In this document: positions 1 to 12,158 of the stretch, piece after piece
How the letters are laid out: every line of letters begins with the position of its first letter
How positions within the stretch are numbered: the first letter of the stretch is position 1
From: Eledone cirrhosa
Lineage: Eukaryota
NCBI GenBank assembly: GCA_964016885.1
Contig: OZ024740.1
Coordinates: 63,116,001-63,180,000 of the forward strand
DNA length: 64,000 bases
Reading direction: 5' to 3'
Notes under the pieces: generated by a model
What the model was told of the DNA's origin: nothing
Seen by the model: the letters and a program-made list of their open reading frames with translations, nothing else
The model's database searches: none
Translations under genes and position numbers: made by a program

Positions 1-198
1 ATAAAGACGCCGGTTGTGGTGAGTTATGCTTCTCTGCGGCCCTAGCTGCTGGCATGGAATTGGGTGGTAGACGGATGGTCAGCCAGTCCTCCACCTCTAT
101 GCCTGCGCAAAGCTGTAGAGTGGATCTAAAGTTCACAAGAGAGTGAACACCGGCTATGAAAACATCCTTTTTGTCTGTTCCCTTGTCGTTAGATTGGA

Positions 199-1848
199 CT
201 AGCAGATTTACCCGGCGTTGCTCGGGGTTTGAAATTATGCTAAGAATATACAGCTAGTTAGTAAAAGAAAAACATTATTTGTCCTCAACCTGTCAAAATA
301 AGCAGAAGTCTTCAATAATTAATGCAAACGAATATTTAGTGCAATCTTTGTACACATAAAACTATGCTGGTAATGAAGGAAAACACTGAACAGGATGTAA
401 TTATATAAATTATTAAAGACAATACACGTTGCAAATCTGTAAAAAAACAGGCAGTTTTGCTAAAGTACAAAAAGTTGTAATGAAAGCAGAGTTGTATACA
501 AACACAAAAACAATGAGAGTAGAATAAGAGAAAATCTATTCTTTGAGAGCATCCTTTGCTGTGTATGGTTAAATTTTTAACTTATAATCCAAAATATCCT
601 GCATGACATATTCATTGGTATGTTTTGTAATGAGTAAGGTGAAGTCAAGGCAGAGCTGTAATAAGTTTTTTTTGTTAACACTAAAGCACTTCAGGATAGA
701 CGATATTCTTTGTTTTTCTTTTCGGAACAAACGCAAAGAGATTATCTCGACTGCCAACTCATGAGCAGGCAACGTAGAATTGTCCGTGCGAAAAGCAAGG
801 TTCATCCAAGTGAATTCCAGCGACGGGCAGAGTTTGACCTTGCGACTTGTTTATGGACATCGCAAAGGCAATACGAAGGGGAAATTGGGTTCGGCGAAAG
901 GAGATGGGAGTATCCACGCCTGATGTAGTCAGACTAATTTTTGTTATTATCACATCCTCGCCTTTTCCACATCCGGCTAGAATGGTAGCGTCAATACTAA
1001 GTGGAGACACTTTTTTAACCACAAGGCATAGTTTTGGAGGAGGGATATTTCTCAGCAAAATAACTGGTGTTCCCTCTTTCAGAACCAATGTATTAGGAGG
1101 TAAACCAGGAGAATTTAAAGAATTTAGAAAGTCAACTGGATAATCGTCATTTACACGCATTGTTTTCTTCGACTGATAGCCAATATGTGCATACTTTCTT
1201 TTACGGGGCATATTTGGTGAAAAGTTGTAAAGTCAAAATGTATGAATTGAAGCGTTACAGTTAACTTTGAAAGTGCAACAAATTTTTGTTTTTTGTATCA
1301 ACACGGTTTATGAAAGTTTAAAAAATGTAAAAGTTGTAGGTCCCAATGGTTTGAATGGAAAGTCCCATAACGATTGTTCTAAAAATAAACAAACCATCAT
1401 CAAAATCTCGTCAATTCGAGACTGCTGCGAGATTAGGCCCTTAACGCGAAAATTAACACTTAATATACTGAAACAAGTTAAAACAAGTGCTTTTTTAACT
1501 TTTAAAGTGCAACAAAGAATAAACAAGAAACAAACGATAATATTAGTGATTTATTTTCAAATGAATGTGATGTTTATATTTCTGAAAAGTTGGTTATCTT
1601 CCTTTTTTATAAGGATTGTCAATAAAGTTGGTTATCTCCCTTACATCAATTTTGCTACCGATAATTTTGATATCGATTTTTTATTGTTCAACGTGGATCG
1701 ATTTGAAAAATGTTTGTGATGTCACAATCTTAGCGACCTGTGCAACGTGCACAGAAAATTTGGTCAAATTCAGTTGGTAATTGTAAAAGCCTTAAGTATG
1801 CAAAGTTGTACACAGACACACACATCCTCGCTTTTATATATATAAAGA
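199..1848 (-). mobile_element. Complete non-autonomous, internally deleted Helitron
   Basis: On the minus strand it starts TCTTTATATATATAAAAGC (1848 down) and ends with a GC-rich hairpin (ccccgagcaacgccggg) followed by CTAG at 202-199. It sits in an A|T target and contains a helicase fragment. Confidence 0.85.
640..1150 (-). pseudogene. Helitron PIF1-like (SF1) helicase C-terminal fragment
   Basis: Motifs EFLNSL-like FLNSLNSPGLPP, LKEGTPVILLRN, QFPLRIAFAMSINKSQGQTL and HGQFYVACS; a stop follows ACS. Confidence 0.88.
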
Positions 1849-1882
1849 TTGCCTTGGAAACGCAACCTTATTACATAATAAT

Positions 1883-1935
1883 GCTGTCTGATGAGGTCGC
1901 GTGGCCACCATCGTCATTGAAATATGTATCACAGC
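1883..1935 (+). ncRNA. Type I minimal hammerhead ribozyme motif (PLE-type)
   Basis: GCTGT-CTGATGA-[stem II region]-GAAA-TATGTA-TC|ACAGC. Stem I GCTGT/ACAGC is perfect, stem III is short and near-palindromic, the predicted cleavage triplet is AUC, and AATAAA follows. Confidence 0.65.
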
Positions 1936-2159
1936 TTTGTTAATAAAGGACTCTAGCATCAACACAGAACTTTGCATTTTCCTTATTCTATATATACTGC
2001 GTCACTGACTAACAAATCATATTTGGAAGAAAAGGCATGACGTTGAGTGCTTGAATGGACTTGCATTATTATTTGCTGCTTGGTCCGATGCCTATACAAC
2101 CCTGTTTAGTGAACATGTTTACCGTAAGTATATGTATATATATACATAAATAATACAAG

Positions 2160-2810
2160 CCCGTGAACCGTGGTTTCTCTAAGGCTCGGCCCCGGATATG
2201 CAAGCCACACATATGTCGCTGCGGATCCAACGTAGAATCGTTCGGCCTCCACTCGCTATTCTGTCGCAACAGTGCCGGCCTCCTTCCTCGCCATGCTGCT
2301 CTCACGAGGTCATAAAGCATGGCTTGGATGCTGCAGGTTTCCTCTCCCAGCTCGAGCCAGCTGGACTGGGCCGAGGGCACGGCAAAAGGCTAGATAACAT
2401 GACCATCTTCCCGTTAAGTGGTGGTAAAACCCTCATCTGGGATGTACAAGCAGCGATACTTTCTCCAGCAGCAACCTGGTGCAGTCTGCGACTAACCCAG
2501 GCTCTGTTATACTTCGGACCGAGGAGGGTAAACTCTACAAATATCGGTCTCTCTCCGACAGGTTTGCGGTTGAGACCGTAGTAGTGGAGACCTCTGGTGT
2601 CCTTGGTCCTAGGACCACCTCCCTACTCTCCACTATCGGCACGGAGTTGGCTACCCGCAGGTATGAGCCTTGCGCGGTGGAATGGCACTTCCAGCGCGTC
2701 TCCCTCACTATCTTTCGGAGAAACGCCTTCTTTATTCTGTCTACCGGGGCCGCTGAGCTCTCAGCGCGTGGGCCACCATCTGCTTATAATAGTGAGAGGT
2801 AGGTAGAGCG
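2160..2810 (+). mobile_element. Degenerate 3' fragment of a CRE-like non-LTR retrotransposon (restriction-like endonuclease domain)
   Basis: Frameshifted peptides EPAGLGRGHGKRLDNMTIFP..GKTLIWDV and EEGKLYKY..ETSGVLG..IGTEL..WHFQRVSLTIFRRNA match the RLE C-terminus pattern. Confidence 0.75.
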
Positions 2811-3061
2811 GGAGAGACGGGGGTAGTGACAGTGGGAGTTTGGCCCCATTGTGTTCGGATCTGTCGTATATATATATATTTATTTACCACACATACAACT
2901 TTATAAAGTAAACATAAACAGTTAAATAATACAATATGAAGCCTAAATTCCATAACTTCGTTAATAACGCAATTAGCCATAGGACTTTTTCCATATCAAA
3001 AAAATCACATTGCTTTTCAAATGGATTACATCGTATCATTTATTGCGATATAGTATCATAG

Positions 3062-3625
3062 TACATCGGTGGCGAAGAGAGGAGAGACTAGCATTCATGG
3101 GCGACTGCTGGTCCTCTACAAACAGACTTTGCCCAAGCTTGAGCCTCGGAAGTGAACGTTCTGTGTGCAAAACCATTTAACCACAGAAATACATACTATG
3201 GCTAATTGCATAAGTAATGAAGTAATGAAATCTAGCCTGTTAATGTACCTACCTCTGTGTGCAAAACCATTTAACCACAGAAATACATACTATGGCTAAT
3301 TACATAAGTAATGAAGTAATGAAATCTAGCCTGTTAATGTACCTACCTCTGTCTTGTGCTGCCCATGCGATACCATATTAAATTTGGCAGAATACGCATG
3401 ACCTCGGGACTTTTTCCTTATTACATCGTGGATTGCTGATTGGAGCCACTTAATCACTGTTCCAGCTGCTAATTGTCCCTAGAACTACATCGGTGGTGGG
3501 GAGGGGGGACTAGCATGCATGGGGGACTACTGGTCCTCCACAAACCGACCTTGTCCGGGCTTGAGCCTCGGAAGTGAACTTTCTAGGTGCAAAACCATGG
3601 TCATTCGTGACCGAAGTAACCTAGG
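3062..3625 (+). mobile_element. Two SINE-like fragments (3062-3176, ~3400-3625) separated by a 94-bp tandem duplication
   Basis: Shared tacatcggtgg...gactagcat.catggg.gact.ctggtcct...cttgagcctcggaagtgaac. The sequence ctgtgtgcaaaacc...tacctacct occurs at 3161 and 3255. Confidence 0.55.
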
Positions 3626-3651
3626 ATATGATATATATATATATATATGTG

Positions 3652-3699
<48 letters not shown>

Positions 3700-3720
3700 T
3701 CTCTGTGTGTGTGTGTGTGT

Positions 3721-3752
<32 letters not shown>

Positions 3753-3889
3753 AGAATGCAAATATTTGGTTATATTTTTACACTGGGTGCTAAGATGCAT
3801 GTTAATGAAAATATTTAAATATGGCAGAATGGGAAATGTAACAATTTTTAAACAGATGATGTCCAGATTTTGCCCCCAGGATAAATAAT

Positions 3890-4073
3890 TGTTCCTACTT
3901 TAGGAACAAGGCCAGCAATTACCCAGTGCATTACTGGTACTTTATTTTATCGACCCCGTAAGGATGAAAGGCAAAGTCAACCTCGGCGGGATTTGAACTC
4001 AGATCGTAAAGGGATGTAACTATGCTGGAAAGCATGGCCCCCGACCCTCTACCGATACTGCCAATCCACCGCC
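3890..4073 (-). mobile_element. tRNA-derived SINE with target-site duplication
   Basis: Box-B-like GAGTTCAAATCCC and central GCCTTTCATCCTTACGGGGTCGATAAA domain. TSD caggataaataat at 3877 and 4073. Near-identical to 11968-12158. Confidence 0.85.
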
Positions 4074-4749
4074 AGGATAAATAATACATACGAGGGTTAG
4101 CTCAAAATTTCATAGGTTGGCCAAGATACTTTCATAGAATGATCAAATGAGATTTATCTTTCTACATAGTCCATGGAAAGAAACAATGCAGTTATTAAGA
4201 TATAAAATTAATACATGTAAGTTTTAATAACACTTAGCATCACTCTTTCATAGTCAGCCAATGAACATTTCAGCCGACCCACGTAAAGTAACTTCGTTGA
4301 AGTTTCACGAAAATCGTTTTGTTTATTTGTAAATTATTTATAAGTCTTATAGAAGTAAATTTATCTTCTCTGATGCGTTGACAGTTTAACAGTCATCAAA
4401 AATGTTGTTGTTGCTATTATCGCTGGTGACATTTTATTCGCCTACCGAAATATATTTTGAAATACATTTTTCAGCTTTACTTTAATTTTGCATATTCTAA
4501 CAATAAATGAGTGGACAATATTTCTGTATTGTGAAATTGGATATTCTTAATGATTCTAGTTCTCAAATATCAATATTTGTTTGTTTGTGTATGTGAAAGT
4601 TTTTATGTGTGTATGTGTATGTGTTCGTATGTGTGTGTGTTTTTATGTAAATGTGTATGTGGGTGAGCAGGGTGCATTCTTAATGATTTAGTTGAAAGGA
4701 AAGGGTTGTGTACTAATGACTTTGGCAGACCTTACGAAACTAGTTCGAT

Positions 4750-5030
4750 CAACTGAACTGACGTTCTCCTCTAACATCAACTGAAAGCTGGCGGATGCAT
4801 GAAAGCAGGCAAAATGAGGGTATTTCAGAGGATTGAAGTTTTGCGTTACAAATCAATTAGGAAAACGTGGTTATTAGGAGATCCTAAATTTGGACACAAT
4901 ATGGGTGATGAGAGTATGAGAAACAAAACAGTTTGGTGGAACTGTGTTGAGGCGATGCTAGATCATCTCGCTCTGAGGAACAGTTGCCATTGTGGTATCA
5001 GCAAAATATCTGTGTGAGGGGACAGCACAT
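4750..5030 (-). mobile_element. Very degenerate CR1/L2-group LINE ORF2 3' remnant
   Basis: Minus-strand peptide YHNGNCSSE resembles the YY.G.CS.EL C-terminal motif of CR1-group elements. Confidence 0.4.
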
Positions 5031-6440
5031 CTGAGAGACAAGTGAAATAGAGTCTTGTGTGTATCTTCTTAAAACTCCCGAAACCTTCCCTATTATTTAA
5101 TCTGACGCTCTAGCAGTCTGTCATTCCTTTACCATATCTGCAGTTCAATGAGTGAAATGGAGCTCCTAGTTATTTCCAGTTTCTTATTGAGCACTATAAA
5201 TGAATGAAACAGTTGTTCGTTACATAATATATTCCTTCGTTAAATACAGAATAGATACCTCCATGGTGTATTTATACAAAGTGTTAGTCTATGTCTGAGT
5301 GTTAATGCATATTGTGCAAATGTTATCTATCTCTGTAGTGTTTCCTACATTATATTGTTATGTGCTTGAACTTATCGCGGCTTAGAATCTAATCTACGCT
5401 AGAATATTCCGACAGGAATACTTAATGATTACTTTCGTGTAATGATTACTTCCATGTAATTACATACAGCTGAATGAACTGGGAGTATTTGTCATAGATA
5501 CAATGTATTACTATGGAGGTGAAACGTGTTAACTCTCTATACGCAAATCTAATATCCAGACAAATAGTCTATCTGTATCTCTTCATGACAGATGGAGTTA
5601 TCGACAAGAAGCCCTGAGAAAATATGAAAAGCAACAAACAAAAGAATAAACATAGTTTGATTTCATGTCAAAAAGTACGGAACCAGTAGACCACTCGGTC
5701 TACGGAATTTACGTTTCCATTGCTGATACTAATCTGCCGGTCGCAACTCCTGGCATAAGGGCGAAAGGCAAAGTTGACCCAAAGTTGAACTTAGAGCATA
5801 GGGAGCCGATTATCAACTCGCTGCCTCCAATAAGACTTGACACTATTTAGACATTCATGTAATTATTACATTTCTATGAATCAAAAGTACATTATGTTAT
5901 TATTAACCTAAATTAAGTAAAAGATAAAATATTACCCTTTCTTTTCCAACAGAATTACACTATTGTTGTTAGCAATAACTGTAGGAGAAAATTACCTTGG
6001 TTAGGAATATAGAATACTTCAGAAATATCCAAGATAAAAACTAAAACGGCAAAACGAAAAAGATGTTTCAAATAGCGCTTTCTTTTTCCTGTTTGATCTT
6101 TAAAAAGAAGAATTCTAAATCACTGAATTTAGATATAATACGCGGAGGTTATTTAGAAAACTGATTTGTGTAAAGATAAGAAAATGCAATAAAATACACC
6201 ATCATTTGATACAAATTAATTAATATTCAATTGCTTTTTAATTAGAAATAATTTCTTTTTGAAATGGTGGAACTACACAGTTGTACACTCCTTCAAGATA
6301 AATTTGGTAACCATTATTAATTACAAATCAAAGAGATTAAACGTCTTTCTTCTTGTCAGGAGAAAGGTTGTGCTACATACCACGCTTTCAAAGACAGCTG
6401 AGATCAATTAAGTTGATATTCAGCCAGAATTTACGTAAGA

Positions 6441-6902
6441 CTAGCAGAATACCCGGCGTTGTCCGAGCTAAAAAGTATCTATAAATTTACCAGAATTGTT
6501 CTTAATAACATATTCAGTTTAATAGAACACTATTGGATTTTTCTTGAAAAGCTGGATTTCACATAAGAAATTAAATTTTCAAAACACTTATATTATTTAG
6601 GTGTCTAATGTAGTGCAACAACTGAATAGTATATTTTAGAATTCGATTGTGTAAATGTTAAATAGCTAATTCATGTGTATCACGTAAGAACACTGGATTA
6701 ATTGAAAGTGAAAATAGTTTTAAGTTGAAACTATTACTGAAGATAATATTTCTTTTCCTGGAAATAGCTTAATTCTTAAAAGAATTTTAAAATTCAGTAG
6801 AAACCCGAATATTGGGAGGTAAACCACCAATAGATATAAAATCATTCTTATAATGGATGGAACCAGAATACCCAGAGGTAACAAACACTTTCAAATATAA
6901 GA
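6441..6902 (-). mobile_element. Short non-autonomous Helitron (3' end clear, 5' end uncertain)
   Basis: ctagcagaatacccggcgttgtccgag at 6441 closely matches the Helitron 3' terminus at 199. Confidence 0.55.
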
Positions 6903-6949
6903 ACTGAGGAAGTTGATATTAAATAATACAATGCCCAATTTTATGACAA

Positions 6950-7340
6950 GAGCATCGGATATCATGCTTTGCGACATAGAGTTACGACCCTTTACATTCT
7001 GAGATCAAATTCCGCCGAGGTTAGCTTTGCTTTTCATCTTTACGGGGTCGATAAAATAAAGTACCAGTAACGCACTGGGGTCAATTTAATAGACTTTCCC
7101 CTTCCCCAAAATTGTTGGCCTTGTACCAAAATCAGAAACCATTATTTATATTGGATTGGCAGTATCGGTAGAGGGTCGGACGCCATGCTTTGCAAGCAAA
7201 GAGTTACGGCCCTTTATGGTCTGAGTTCAAATCCCGCCGAGGTTAACTTTGCCTTTCATCCTTACGGGGTCGATAAAATAAAGTACTAGTAATATACTGG
7301 GATAATTGCTGGCTTTGTGCCAAAAGTAGAAACCATTATT
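6950..7340 (+). mobile_element. Two tandem copies of the tRNA-derived SINE (about 6950-7146 and 7152-7340)
   Basis: Both carry GAG(A/T)TCAAAT.CCGCCGAGGTT..CTTTGC.TTTCATC.TTACGGGGTCGATAAAATAAAGTAC and end in agaaaccattatt. Confidence 0.85.
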
Positions 7341-8254
7341 TATATGTGTAAACATCATAGCATTAGGAATTCCAAACACTGTTATGACAGCACCTGAAGG
7401 TGCTCAGTTGTTTTAGTTTTACCAATAGTTACATATAAGTACTTAGAGTCTATGGGGATCCCACCTGTAGGATTCCTGCTCATCTGTTTTTGCTGACCTT
7501 AGAATTCTCATACGTTTTAGAGGACATTATAAGGGTGGAGTATTTTTCCATGGTGTTATTGATGGAATCATTAATAACATTGCAATTTTAAGTTACGGAA
7601 AACCTGGAGAAATACAACTTTACAAAGAGATGAAAGTAATACACAAATTGGAGGACTAGAAGATTTACAAATGGGAGGACTAAAAGATTTACAAATGGGA
7701 GCACTGAGTGTCTAACTTAAGTTAAAAGATATCAATATATAAACAAAGCGAGCAGTTTGAGAGTTAAGATTAACTGAAGAAGCGGATATAGTGGGAGATA
7801 CAAAAAGCGCGTGACGGGAAAAAACAAATGGTGGAAGGGAGAAGAAACAGTTGGAATGTGAACGTAAGGGAAATTGAAATTATATCGAAGATAATCGGAA
7901 ATGGCAAAGATAAAATGGAGATTTTAATTGTGAGACATATTTTCAGTGGCATTATCGATGTCTTTCAATAAATCAGTACTGGTCTGTATAATCACTAAAC
8001 AATTTTGTAGAAAGGAACAGTTCCCTTCGACAGTAAAAGATGACGGAAATAGTAAGAGATAGAGCGGGGGAGATGCCGCATAGGAGCTCTTTAGCTAGGT
8101 CAAAGTTTAACACAACTTTTTCTTCTAGAAAAATTCCCAATGAAGAATACAAATGACTGATTATTAGATATTTTTGTTCTATTACGTTACACCTACGCAG
8201 ATCACGTTCTATCATACACATAGACACACATATATACATATATAAGCATATATA

Positions 8255-8425
8255 TCACCTTGATCACCTTGACCGACCAGTCTGGTCACAGCACGTTGTG
8301 CTGTTTTAGCCATAAGATAACGCCATCCCACTGGCTGGGCGGGCAGGCTGGTACGCATTTCTACAGCTGAGTAAACTGGAGCAACGTGAAATAAAGTGTC
8401 TTGCTCAAGGAAACAACACATCACC
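8255..8425 (-). mobile_element. SINE fragment of a second family
   Basis: ggagcaacgtgaaataaagtgt.ttgctcaagga is shared with 55727-55760. Confidence 0.6.
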
Positions 8426-8521
8426 CATATATATATATATATACACATCAAGCATATATATATATATAATATAATGAAATGACAGGAGGCTGGATTTGTG
8501 TAAATCCTTGAAAGGTTTATT

Positions 8522-8579
8522 ATACTATGATCATTTCAATGACCGGGTTCCGTATGAATCCGGTGATATCATCAGGTAT
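8522..8579 (-). ncRNA. Hammerhead ribozyme motif (inverted copy)
   Basis: Exact reverse complement of 9526-9583. Confidence 0.6.
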
Positions 8580-9525
8580 TCGAAATATAATACGTGAATG
8601 TAATAGATAAAATCCATGGGGCTGAAAATCGAGGACCCGAGGGTGACCGCTATTCTGTTCCTTCAACCTCAGCCGGTCGCCCTGGAGTGACGTGGCTAAA
8701 GTTTATATTATGCTACTACCGGTCAGATAAACGAAAACAGAAAGGGATGGGAACATAAGTTAGCGTCAATCTCATGACACACGGTAAAAGAAAGAAAGAA
8801 AGGAAGGAGAGAGAAGAAGGGGGAAGAAAGAAGAAGAGAAGCCAGGGTTAATGTCAGCTAAAAGAGGAAAGGCAACTACTACCGGTCAGATATAGGCAAG
8901 CAGGAGGGGGAAGGAAGATAAGTCTGCGGGAGGAAGAGAAGAGAGAAGTAGAAAAGTAAGGGTTGATGGCTACAAGAAGGAAGATAGAAAGAAAGAGGAA
9001 GAAAGGTCGATATTAATGTCAGACCACAGTCAGGCCAGGAGTGGCGCGAGAAAATTTTCACAGGGACCCGTATCTTAGCAGAGGTGAATATATTGGGAGT
9101 CAGTGTGTTACAGTGTTTAGACTTCTAGGATGAAGTTAAAAAAATTAATAATCAATATTCAATATTAAAGAGGTTAGAAAATTTAAAGTTCAACAGTTTA
9201 ACATTTTATAGTTCCGATTTGTTCTGTAATTTAAAGGTACTATGTAGCTGACATTAACCCTGGCTTCTCTTCTTCTTTCTTCCCCCTTCTTCTCTCTCCT
9301 TCCTTTCTTTCTTTCTTTTACCGTGTGTCATGAGATTGACGCTAACTTATGTTCCCATCCCTTTCTGTTTCCGTTTATCTGACCGGTAGTAGCATACTAT
9401 AAACTTTAGCCACGTCACTCCAGGGCGACCGGCTGAGGTTGAAGGAACAGAATAGCGGTCGCCCTCGGGTCCTCGATTTCCAGCCCCATGGATTTTATCT
9501 ATTACATTCACGTATTATATTTCGA

Positions 9526-9583
9526 ATACCTGATGATATCACCGGATTCATACGGAACCCGGTCATTGAAATGATCATAGTAT
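9526..9583 (+). ncRNA. Type I minimal hammerhead ribozyme motif
   Basis: ATAC-CTGATGA-..ACCGGATTC atacg GAACCCGGT..-GAAA-TGATCA-TA|GTAT. Stem III is palindromic, stem I is ATAC/GTAT, and AATAAA follows. Confidence 0.65.
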
Positions 9584-9777
9584 AATAAACCTTTCAAGGA
9601 TTTACACAAATCCAGCCTCCTGTCATTTCATTATAATATTTAACTCCGTAATAGCACCACCAACTACAAAAACAAAGACGGTTGAACTGCTTTACGTTGA
9701 GTACTCTCTATATTATTGCATTACGATTGACCATACGGAATAGAGCAGCTCTATACAGTGGTGAACCTCAAACCTGA

Positions 9778-9860
<83 letters not shown>

Positions 9861-9893
9861 AATATATGTGTGTGCATATATATATATATACAT

Positions 9894-9957
<64 letters not shown>

Positions 9958-10374
9958 AATACACACATACACAAAAGACACACAGAGGCTCATACATGTC
10001 ATTCATATGTCCTGTATATGACAGGTATTATGAAGCTTTTTAACAAAAACGTTAAAACTGAACTAAAATATTATATTTGTCATGGTCAGAAAAATGACAA
10101 CTAATAAGAGGCGTAACATGATCGATCGCATACATCTGATGTGATATGTAAAAAAAATATGAGCGGGTAGAGAAAGAAGATGCTTGACCTAATTTATTCC
10201 TAAATAATTAAAGTACATATCTTTAATATGAAATACTGTCTTTTCTTCAGATGAAATATATTGTTATTGCATTGTGAATAAGAATAATTCATTCAGTTCA
10301 AGTAAATGTGTACGTGTGTGTTTGTATTAATCTCCTATCTCTCCTTCTTGATTGGTTTGTATACTTACTTTTTG

Positions 10375-10458
<84 letters not shown>

Positions 10459-10460
<2 letters not shown>

Positions 10461-10645
10461 TGGTAAACGGAATAGAAAATGCTGACAAATTGTTCACAGT
10501 GAAAAATAGTTTAATTAGGAATAAGTGAGAATTAGTAATTGTATTGGTTAGTATTCAGTTTTGGTTTTAAGTTTTACCGGTTGCGCATTTCTAATGCTTT
10601 GCAAAAATAATTTTGAGATAGAGCGTCCGTGATGTTTGCTCTGAT

Positions 10646-10646
<1 letters not shown>
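10459..10646. repeat. Solo terminal fragment of the foldback element at 18793-20505
   Basis: attggtaaacggaatagaaaatgctgacaaattgttcacag...ctctgatc, flanked by (TA)n. Confidence 0.75.
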
Positions 10647-10691
<45 letters not shown>

Positions 10692-11039
10692 GTGTGTATT
10701 TGTGTGTGAATGTCTGTGTGTGTATGTGTATGCATATATAACATTTATGCTAAATCACAGCCTATGCTTGAAGATTTAATGTAAATATGTCTATCATCTT
10801 TTAATTAGATACCTCTAATTACATGTACGTTTTGCCTGGCGGGTTTCCTGGGAGCGTCTGCGACTATGATAAAAGATACTCAAATTGCTAAACAGTGAAT
10901 TCGAACCCGGAACAGTGTGAATGCAAAACAAACCTCTTAACTATTTGACCATGCTGCATCCATGAGACAAACATACAAACATACTATACAAGTACGCATA
11001 TATTGTTTTATATCGTTTTCTCTTGTTTATATTTTCCAG

Positions 11040-11173
11040 GTACAAGAGGTTACACACGTCACCTAACATCATTCTTGGCAGTCTTGCTTTCTCAGACACT
11101 ATTATGTCTTCTGTTGATATGTGTTTTGTAGCAGTTTCCAGTTTCAACGGCCATTGGGTATTTGGAGTTGTTG
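11040..11173 (+). CDS. Rhabdomeric-type opsin, internal coding exon (ICL1-TM2-ECL1)
   Basis: Acceptor ttttccag, donor gtaat. Encodes (R)YKRLHTSPNIILGSLAFSDTIMSSVDMCFVAVSSFNGHWVFGVV(G) with the class A GPCR LAxxD and WxFG motifs. Phase is compatible with the next exon. Confidence 0.9.
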
Positions 11174-11967
11174 GTAATATACATTTTATCTATCAACTTT
11201 ATGACTGCTAATGTAATATAATATTAAAATGTAGATATATGCAGCAGAAATCGAATGTGTCCACCTCATATAATTATTTAATAATCTGGCTCACGTGTGC
11301 ACTCATTGGTCGCTAAAATCGTGCAAGGGGATCTATAAATGTATAAGCATGCTGTGCTGTTTCTATTCATCATGATAATGATGATTTTCTTCCATTTTTA
11401 TCAAAATAATTTCTAACACAAGCACTGGACCAAGAATTTTAGGGGTAGGAGCAGTCGATTTAATCGACGGCAACAACTGACTGGCATATACGAGTAGTTT
11501 ATCGACACCGAAAAGTTGGGATTTTAACTTAATGTAAAGACCCAGAACAAATACCAGCAAGCATATTGACCGATTCCCTAGCGATTATGTCAATCCATCA
11601 CCCTTAACTATATTATATATAAACATATTGTATAGGTTAGTGCTACTGGTAACTAATCCTTGCTAGTCAAACTCGCACTATATGAAAATGAACTTTTTCA
11701 GCAGATATTTTATACGCAAAACTTATTCTTATCCCAATTCTGTGTCAGGAATGATGGATGAAAAATACTAAAATACTAGTGCCTGGTGTTCTTGCTCGGC
11801 TATTGAGATACTCGTGACATGATCACAGCTTAAACAGCGATAACAAGATTTATATATTGATAATACATAAACATATCCTACATGCTTTCATGTACGCCTC
11901 TATTGTGCATCCTGCTATGTTAGTGCTACATTTATACAAATTGTCCTTATATAATCCCAGTCAACAA

Positions 11968-12158
11968 AATAATGGTTTCTACTTTAGGCACAAGGCCAGC
12001 AAATTACCCAGTGCATTACTGGTACTTTATTTTATCGACCCCGTAAGGATGAAAGGCAAAGTCAACCTCGGCGGGATTTGAACTCAGATCGTAAAGGGAC
12101 GTAACTATGCTGGAAAGCATGGCGTCCGACCCTCTACCGATACTGCCAATCCACCGCC
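11968..12158 (-). mobile_element. tRNA-derived SINE with target-site duplication
   Basis: Same family as 3890-4073; flanked by cagtcaacaaa(a)taat on both sides. Confidence 0.85.

Larger units (their letters stand above)
8470..9635. mobile_element. Inverted duplication (~390-bp arms, 8470-8860 and 9245-9635) of a PLE-like terminal repeat, each arm with a hammerhead motif
   Basis: The arms are near-perfect reverse complements. Inverted pseudo-LTR arrangements and hammerheads are characteristic of Penelope-like elements. Confidence 0.75.

Noticed and set aside
7740-8200. Possible decayed retroelement RT fragment
   Set aside because: No diagnostic motif could be read with confidence.
1-11039. 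Search for the opsin TM1 (GN motif) exon
   Set aside because: Candidates near 3830, 4400, 5950, 7520 and 10250 lacked a hydrophobic GN-containing frame with a phase-2 donor. The exon is probably upstream of the window or was missed.
11776-11800. Additional Helitron 3' end (ctagtgcctggtgttcttgctcgg)
   Set aside because: The hairpin is too degenerate and no matching 5' end was found.
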